Translations under genes and position numbers: made by a program
Assembly: GCA_965197745.1 (NCBI GenBank)
Contig: CBDANS010000007.1
Coordinates: 800,001 to 864,000 of the forward strand
DNA length: 64,000 bases
Reading direction: 5' to 3'
Source: Opitutales bacterium
Lineage (GTDB): Bacteria; Verrucomicrobiota; Verrucomicrobiia; Opitutales; PNEW01
Notes under the pieces: generated by a model
Told to the model about the DNA's origin: nothing
What the model saw: the letters and a program-made list of their open reading frames with translations, nothing else
The model's database searches: none
In this document: positions 58,473 through 64,000 of the stretch, one piece after another
Layout: every line of letters starts with the position of its first letter
Numbering within the stretch: the first letter of the stretch is position 1

Positions 58473-60380
58473 TCATGTAGGGATAATCGGGAGCACCACA
58501 TGGGATGGGTGTTCTGCGTCCAGGTGAATGGTATTGTCCGCGCTGGCTTGACGTCGGTTGAGGCCAATCTTTTCGCCGGTGTTGGGGTTTACATCAAAAC
58601 GTGGAAAATTGGAACTGGAGATATCAAGCCGCATGCGGTGGCCAGTGACAAAGAGGTTGCTCGTAGGATAAAGGGTGATCGTCACCGTGTCGATTTCACC
58701 GGGTGGCAGAAACCGGGCGGTCTCAGGACCCTTGCGATATCGCAAGCGCATGATACTGTCTGTAAGGTTTAAAGCGTAACCGAGTGGATACGATGCACTG
58801 GGCGGGTAGAGGTCGATCAGTTTGGCCGTGAAGTCAGTGTCGAGAGCCGACGAGGAGACCCAAAGGGTTACGGTGATTGGGCCGGTCACTTCTACATCCT
58901 GTTCAAGCGCCTCAGTTTGAAAAATGATGACATCGCTGCGTGAACCTAATGGCAGGTAGGGTGGCTCACAACCGTAAATATCTGGCGATTCTACCTGGTT
59001 GAATCCTCCCGCGTTCATGATCGGTTCAGCTCGGGCGGCGAAGTGGAGAATCCCTGGGTCGGCCAGGCCTGGGGGCATGGGACCAACCTCCTGATGTGAC
59101 GAAACACCTCCACCGATTGACGGCACCGGGTTTGAAGGATCGAATCGATAAGTGATGGCCGCTTCTGTTTGATCAGGCGGCTGACGCCGCAACAATTGAT
59201 CCTCGTGCAGATAGTAATGGGTGAATTGGGTGCGGGCCAGCGGCCATTCGTTTTCATCTCGCCACGATCCGCCATGAAACAAGCGACCGTTCCTTGAGCG
59301 ACAGCCATGGCCACCCCCCATAACGAATATGCGCACCGGTGGTTGGTCTTCGATAGCCGAACCCTGCCCCTTTAAGACAGCGTCGAACCAGGAAAAATGC
59401 AGATCGCGAAAGCTATCGAGCGCCGCCTCCGGTCCGAACTCCACGTCGCCGGCAAAGGACTGTTCGACTGTCGTGTTGCCATGGGTCCAAGGTCCGACTA
59501 GAACTTTAATGGGGCCTTTTTTTCGTGACGACAAACCAATGTAATTCTCGAATGTCGCCCGTGTATAGGAGTCATACCAACCGCCAACGATGAGCATGGG
59601 TATATCCGGGAATTGATCCCAATGTTCGGATGGCGCCCAGCTTGGGTTTCGCCAGTAGTCATCGTAATCACTATGGGTGAGCAGTTCCATCGCCCAGTCT
59701 TCGTAAGGCGGCACCAGGCGCAGTTGCGTTTGTCCTCGACGAATAGGCATGCGCTGGAGCCAGTCACCAAAGGTGTTAGCGCCCAGATTCAGAGCGTGAT
59801 CGATACTGGGGTCATTCTTCAGTTCGGCTTGGGTATTGCCCGCGGAATGCCAGAACGCCCAGGCCATAAACCGCAGTTCCAGCGCTCCGCCATGGCGCAC
59901 GCTGCTGCTGTGCGCGTTGGACCCGCTCATGTTGGGGATCATCGTAGCAAGTTGTTCAGGACCCAGCGCGGCCATCGCCGTCTGTGTCCAGCCGCACCAG
60001 GAGGTTCCCCAGCTGCCCACCTGGTCGTTTGACCACGGTTGTTGTGCAATCCACGCGAGGGTATCGTAGCCGTCTTGGGCCTCCGGCAGGAGAAAGTTGA
60101 CTTTACCGCCTGAACTGAAGCATCCCCGACAATCCTGAAGGACCACTGCAAATCCGCGGCGGGCAAACCATGATCCTTCACCCGTCGAGCGTTCAGTGTT
60201 ACTTTTGTCATAGGGCGTGCGGAAGAGCAGAGTCGGCATTTTCTCAGGAAGTGGATTTCCCTCTTTTGCCGGAAGAAAAATATCGGTTGCCATCTCCACG
60301 CCGTCACGCATGGGCACCATTACGTCTTTCTCTACAATGACATCATAAATATCAGGTGACGATTGCTCACTCATAGCCAT
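58473..60380 (-). CDS. CocE/NonD family hydrolase
   Basis: MRDGV, RTPY, G.SW.G, GGWYD, GPWTH, SSSNFPRFD.N.NTG. Confidence 0.93.
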   Translation of the reverse strand: MAMSEQSSPDIYDVIVEKDVMVPMRDGVEMATDIFLPAKEGNPLPEKMPTLLFRTPYDKSNTERSTGEGSWFARRGFAVVLQDCRGCFSSGGKVNFLLPEAQDGYDTLAWIAQQPWSNDQVGSWGTSWCGWTQTAMAALGPEQLATMIPNMSGSNAHSSSVRHGGALELRFMAWAFWHSAGNTQAELKNDPSIDHALNLGANTFGDWLQRMPIRRGQTQLRLVPPYEDWAMELLTHSDYDDYWRNPSWAPSEHWDQFPDIPMLIVGGWYDSYTRATFENYIGLSSRKKGPIKVLVGPWTHGNTTVEQSFAGDVEFGPEAALDSFRDLHFSWFDAVLKGQGSAIEDQPPVRIFVMGGGHGCRSRNGRLFHGGSWRDENEWPLARTQFTHYYLHEDQLLRRQPPDQTEAAITYRFDPSNPVPSIGGGVSSHQEVGPMPPGLADPGILHFAARAEPIMNAGGFNQVESPDIYGCEPPYLPLGSRSDVIIFQTEALEQDVEVTGPITVTLWVSSSALDTDFTAKLIDLYPPSASYPLGYALNLTDSIMRLRYRKGPETARFLPPGEIDTVTITLYPTSNLFVTGHRMRLDISSSNFPRFDVNPNTGEKIGLNRRQASADNTIHLDAEHPSHVVLPIIPT

Positions 60381-60434
60381 ACACGGACAGTGATTAAATA
60401 CTCGATGGGGTGACTGATGTTGAGAAGATTCATC

Positions 60435-60623
60435 TTAGCGTTCTGTCCAATACTTTTTTCCCAGGATGGCACTGACAATAAAGAGGGCGAGAGCAAGCAT
60501 CATTTTTACTATCCATAAATCAGTGGTATAAAGGTTGGATGCCATTAACAAAATGGCAACCAGAAGCAGGATCACCGCAGAATAAATTTTTTCCAGCTGG
60601 TTTGTTCTTTTGTCGTCTTCCAT
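60435..60623 (-). CDS. Small 2-TM membrane protein
   Basis: ATG start, two hydrophobic helices, co-oriented with its neighbours. Confidence 0.55.
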   Translation of the reverse strand: MEDDKRTNQLEKIYSAVILLLVAILLMASNLYTTDLWIVKMMLALALFIVSAILGKKYWTER

Positions 60624-60686
60624 ATTAATGAATGTTTCGAGAATGGTGATCTATCATCAAATCATACATGCCGTGCTGAAAAAATA

Positions 60687-62393
60687 TTACCATAGCAAAA
60701 TAAAAAGCAAATAACAGACAATGATGAGATAGAATATTGCTAATAATCCCGGACGTCGATACCACGGAAGACCATCCGGGGGAACTTCGAATGGATACTC
60801 AGGTTTGATCGGCGCTTCAATTAGCGTTTTCTGCAGCCATGTGCCTTCCAACACTTTTAAGCGATGACCCATAAGTTCCCTTAAGTCCGTGGCAATAGTA
60901 TGCCTATCGTAAACCAGGCCCTTATACTCCTCCTCCTTCATCGGTCCATGAAAAATACTGATCATTCTCGATACCACAAGCATAGTTGTAGCGGGCAGAA
61001 TTATATTCCACAAATAGGTCCACCAGGTATTCGTGATCCATACCGGCCAATTCCATTCACGGGCGTCTGCGATTATCGCAAGAATTCCGTAAGTGAGGCC
61101 GGCGAGGAGACCGAATATGCCGGTGCGGCGGTGAACGCGTGTGAAGACCCCCATCAGAATAACGGTCATGAGTGGTACCGCAATGGCACCTGCCAGTCTC
61201 AGGAAAAAAAGCAACATACCTTCCTTGATAAAGGGTATATAGACAAATCCGAGCGCGATGATGAAGGGAACAGAAATTCGACCGACAAGCGTATAGTGAG
61301 CATCATCAGCTTTTCTTACGATAAAACGGGCATAAATATCACGCACGAAGAGACTGGATATGCCGATGGCAACGGAATCAAATGTAGAATAGGCGGCCGC
61401 TATGAGACCGGCCACGACCAGACCGATCAGGCCGGGAGGCAGATATTTAGCCATCATTAAAGGGTAGGCTGCGTCAACGGTTTCCAGGTTTGGAAAGTCG
61501 GCATGGGCCATGGGACCGAGGCTTACATTAAACCAAAGGCATAGCGCGGTCGCGACGCTCGCGACCAATGCCGCCATCTTGAAATCCCACTCCGATTTCG
61601 CTCCAAGGAAGCGAATGGCCTCGTACTGGTTGATCACCGCGTAGGTTGTTAAGACGACCAGAAACCCGAAGATCACGATAATCGCGGGAACACCGTCCGG
61701 CGAATATCCGCCAACATGAAGGAGGGTGTCCGCTAATTCCGGATCGATGGCAACCAGTCTTTCATTCAGACCCTTCCAACCCCCTCCTTTGACCCATACC
61801 ACTCCCCATAAAACAAAAGCGGCTACGATCATAATGGTACTCTGCAAGGCATCGGTAAGTACTCCCGCTTTCAGGCCGCCGCGGACAATGTAGAGTGCGG
61901 AAGTTATGGCTACTCCCACTACAATCATCCAGCTCCATCCCGTACCGATATTTGCAACAATCTTCAGGACGAGAAAAAGAGAGAAAAATATATTACCCAG
62001 AACATTGGTGCGGGATTGTATGTTGATTAGAACGGCAATTACGCGGGCTGCCGGTCCAAAGCGAAATTCAAGCCACTCAGCATTAGTGAAGACACCGGAG
62101 CGGTACATGGGAACGATGACGAAAAAACTCAGGACGATCCATCCCACAGCTATACCCAACCACCATGAAGATAATTGAGATAATCCTAATTCATAGGAAC
62201 CACCGACAATAGAAACATAATCACCGCTGTCGACTGCTGTTCCAAACGCAGATAATCCAATGACCCACCAGGGCATTGATTTCGCCGCCAGGTACCAGTC
62301 AAAACTTTCACCTTTGCCCCTGAAGACAACGATACCATAGAGAACGATTCCTCCATTGATTACAAGGACGAGCAACCAATCAACAAGAGTCAT
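60687..62393 (-). CDS. Sodium:solute symporter family protein
   Basis: GGLKA...TD..Q, GL.AA.YST.DS, multi-TM. Confidence 0.9.
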   Translation of the reverse strand: MTLVDWLLVLVINGGIVLYGIVVFRGKGESFDWYLAAKSMPWWVIGLSAFGTAVDSGDYVSIVGGSYELGLSQLSSWWLGIAVGWIVLSFFVIVPMYRSGVFTNAEWLEFRFGPAARVIAVLINIQSRTNVLGNIFFSLFLVLKIVANIGTGWSWMIVVGVAITSALYIVRGGLKAGVLTDALQSTIMIVAAFVLWGVVWVKGGGWKGLNERLVAIDPELADTLLHVGGYSPDGVPAIIVIFGFLVVLTTYAVINQYEAIRFLGAKSEWDFKMAALVASVATALCLWFNVSLGPMAHADFPNLETVDAAYPLMMAKYLPPGLIGLVVAGLIAAAYSTFDSVAIGISSLFVRDIYARFIVRKADDAHYTLVGRISVPFIIALGFVYIPFIKEGMLLFFLRLAGAIAVPLMTVILMGVFTRVHRRTGIFGLLAGLTYGILAIIADAREWNWPVWITNTWWTYLWNIILPATTMLVVSRMISIFHGPMKEEEYKGLVYDRHTIATDLRELMGHRLKVLEGTWLQKTLIEAPIKPEYPFEVPPDGLPWYRRPGLLAIFYLIIVCYLLFILLW

Positions 62394-62477
62394 CGAAACG
62401 TTTCTCTTTTACCCATTATTGTAACTTCCGATCACAGCGCCTGGAAAACGATTCCCTTCAAATCTTATAATCGGCCC

Positions 62478-63524
62478 CTACTTGGGAGGAAGTTGGTAAC
62501 CGTATTTTTTCATCTTGATCCGATACAGATTAGATTCACAGGTAATATAGAGCGTGTTACTTTTCGATCCTCTGCCGAATCCAACATTTGTTGGCACAAA
62601 AGGTGTCGGAATGTATGCTAATTCCTTTCCTCTTGGGGTGTAGACATAGATCCCATATCTTGTTAAATCGCGTACCGCTACATAAAGGTTGCCTTCAACA
62701 TCGACGGTGAGGCCGTCCGGTCCGTCTTGTGGCGAGTAGTCTACAAGGACTTCCCTGAAGGAAGCGGAACCATCTTCAAAGAGATCGTAGGCTAAGAGGG
62801 CCATGCGTCCTTTATGAAAGACGGTGCCTACAGGCAGGCGATCAAAGCCGAGTGCGCCGTCATCATTACTCACTACATAGAGTGTTTTCTGATCAGGTGA
62901 AATAGCGATGCCGTTTGGTCTGCCCGCATCCGTCACTATCAAGTGTATCGTTCTATCGGGATCGATGCGATAGACTCCCATTATGGGTTGATCAATCGGT
63001 TCATGCCCTAAATATCGCGGATCACTAAAATAAACGCGTTCCTTTTCGTCGATCGCGATATCATTTGGCGAATTTAACGGTCGTCTCTGGTACAAACCTG
63101 CGATGATTTCAGTCTTGCCTGTCACCAGATCAGTGCGCGTAACCCGGCGACCTCCGTAATCGGCTCCTTCCGCTACAATCATCCTTCCCCTGGCGTCAAA
63201 CTTGATACCATTGGACATCCCACTAGGGGAGCGAAATACCTTCGTTGTTCCAGTTTCCGGATTATATTTCCAGATGCGCCCCGCCTGCATATCTGATTTA
63301 AAGGTAAAGGTGATATCACTGAAGTAGACAGATCCATCGCGCGCAACTGCCGGTCCCTCTGCAAAAAAGGCGCCGCTAAAGAGCAACTCTAATTCTGCAT
63401 CGGGTGAAATAATCGTCGGGTCTCCCACCGGTTTATCACCAGCTAAGCCGTGCCCCATGAATAGAAAGAATAAAACTGGAAATAACAGGCCGATGACCCT
63501 GGGGATATTTTTCATAGATAGCAC
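62478..63524 (-). CDS. SMP-30/gluconolactonase family protein (exported)
   Basis: EGP, FSD, SNG, NSPND, PNG, PDG, PTN. Confidence 0.92.
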   Translation of the reverse strand: MLSMKNIPRVIGLLFPVLFFLFMGHGLAGDKPVGDPTIISPDAELELLFSGAFFAEGPAVARDGSVYFSDITFTFKSDMQAGRIWKYNPETGTTKVFRSPSGMSNGIKFDARGRMIVAEGADYGGRRVTRTDLVTGKTEIIAGLYQRRPLNSPNDIAIDEKERVYFSDPRYLGHEPIDQPIMGVYRIDPDRTIHLIVTDAGRPNGIAISPDQKTLYVVSNDDGALGFDRLPVGTVFHKGRMALLAYDLFEDGSASFREVLVDYSPQDGPDGLTVDVEGNLYVAVRDLTRYGIYVYTPRGKELAYIPTPFVPTNVGFGRGSKSNTLYITCESNLYRIKMKKYGYQLPPK

Positions 63525-63697
63525 TTTTTTAATGATTTGATGGATTATAAGGCAAATTAACCGTATTTCTTAGGTAAATTCCTATCTTTTGGTTTCAATT
63601 CAATTTTTCTCAACTTTTTTCAAAATTATCTTGATTTACGTTATAGTGAACATAAATATACTATTCTAAATTAATAAAAAATAAAGAAAGACAAAAC

Positions 63698-64000
63698 ATG
63701 AATATTACACACATTACGGGAAATCTAACCGCCGATATAGAAACAGTGCCTTTGAAGGACAAGTCTATCTCAAAATTCACACTGGCCTGCAATCAGGGCG
63801 AACGAACGCTATTTATACCTGTGGAAGCCTGGAATCAGGATCATTTACAGAGTTATCTGAGAAAGGGTTCAAAAGTTCTTCTCAGCGGCTATCTCAAGCA
63901 GGATACCTGGCAGAATAAATCTGGTGAAAATCGCAGCCGGGTGGTCCTTGTGGCCAACAATGTAGAGTTTATCGATATCCGATCCAGAGGTAAAAATTCG
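63698..64000 (+). CDS. ssb: Single-stranded DNA-binding protein (partial, runs off the window; not in the ORF track)
   Basis: MNITHITGNLTAD...FTLACN...VEAW...LRKGSKVLLSGYLKQDTW...RSRVVLVANNVEF. Confidence 0.85.
   Translation, partial: MNITHITGNLTADIETVPLKDKSISKFTLACNQGERTLFIPVEAWNQDHLQSYLRKGSKVLLSGYLKQDTWQNKSGENRSRVVLVANNVEFIDIRSRGKNS

Overview
A 64-kb bacterial chromosomal segment, mostly accessory catabolic and transport genes: SDRs, three mandelate-racemase/enolase-superfamily enzymes, two creatininase-family amidases, three PhyH dioxygenases, two RraA-family proteins, GGT, GH32, CocE/NonD, sodium:solute symporters and a sugar ABC system with a fused binding protein-permease. The window ends in a partial ssb. 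Gene content and repeat types loosely suggest a PVC-group (Verrucomicrobia-like) organism, which is inference only. There are three IS3-family elements (1..1197 partial, 36512..37859, 42673..43989) and many nested intergenic repeats. No rRNA, tRNA or CRISPR array was recognised. The main observation is a family of 23-43 nt hairpin micro-insertions (consensus TWCCGAR-hairpin-YGASAY-Nx-YC, 8 copies). Where an empty site can be reconstructed, each appears to replace a single A. Five copies interrupt IS3 transposases at Glu codons of the conserved ID-E-Y-TRE and DNGS-E-F motifs, including the same codon in two divergent IS lineages. Three more sit at one position inside an intergenic repeat whose empty form is also in the window. 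A second micro-element family (CCTGTC...GCWGR) sits in the loops of REP-like palindromes. All product calls are motif-based by eye; no database searches were run.
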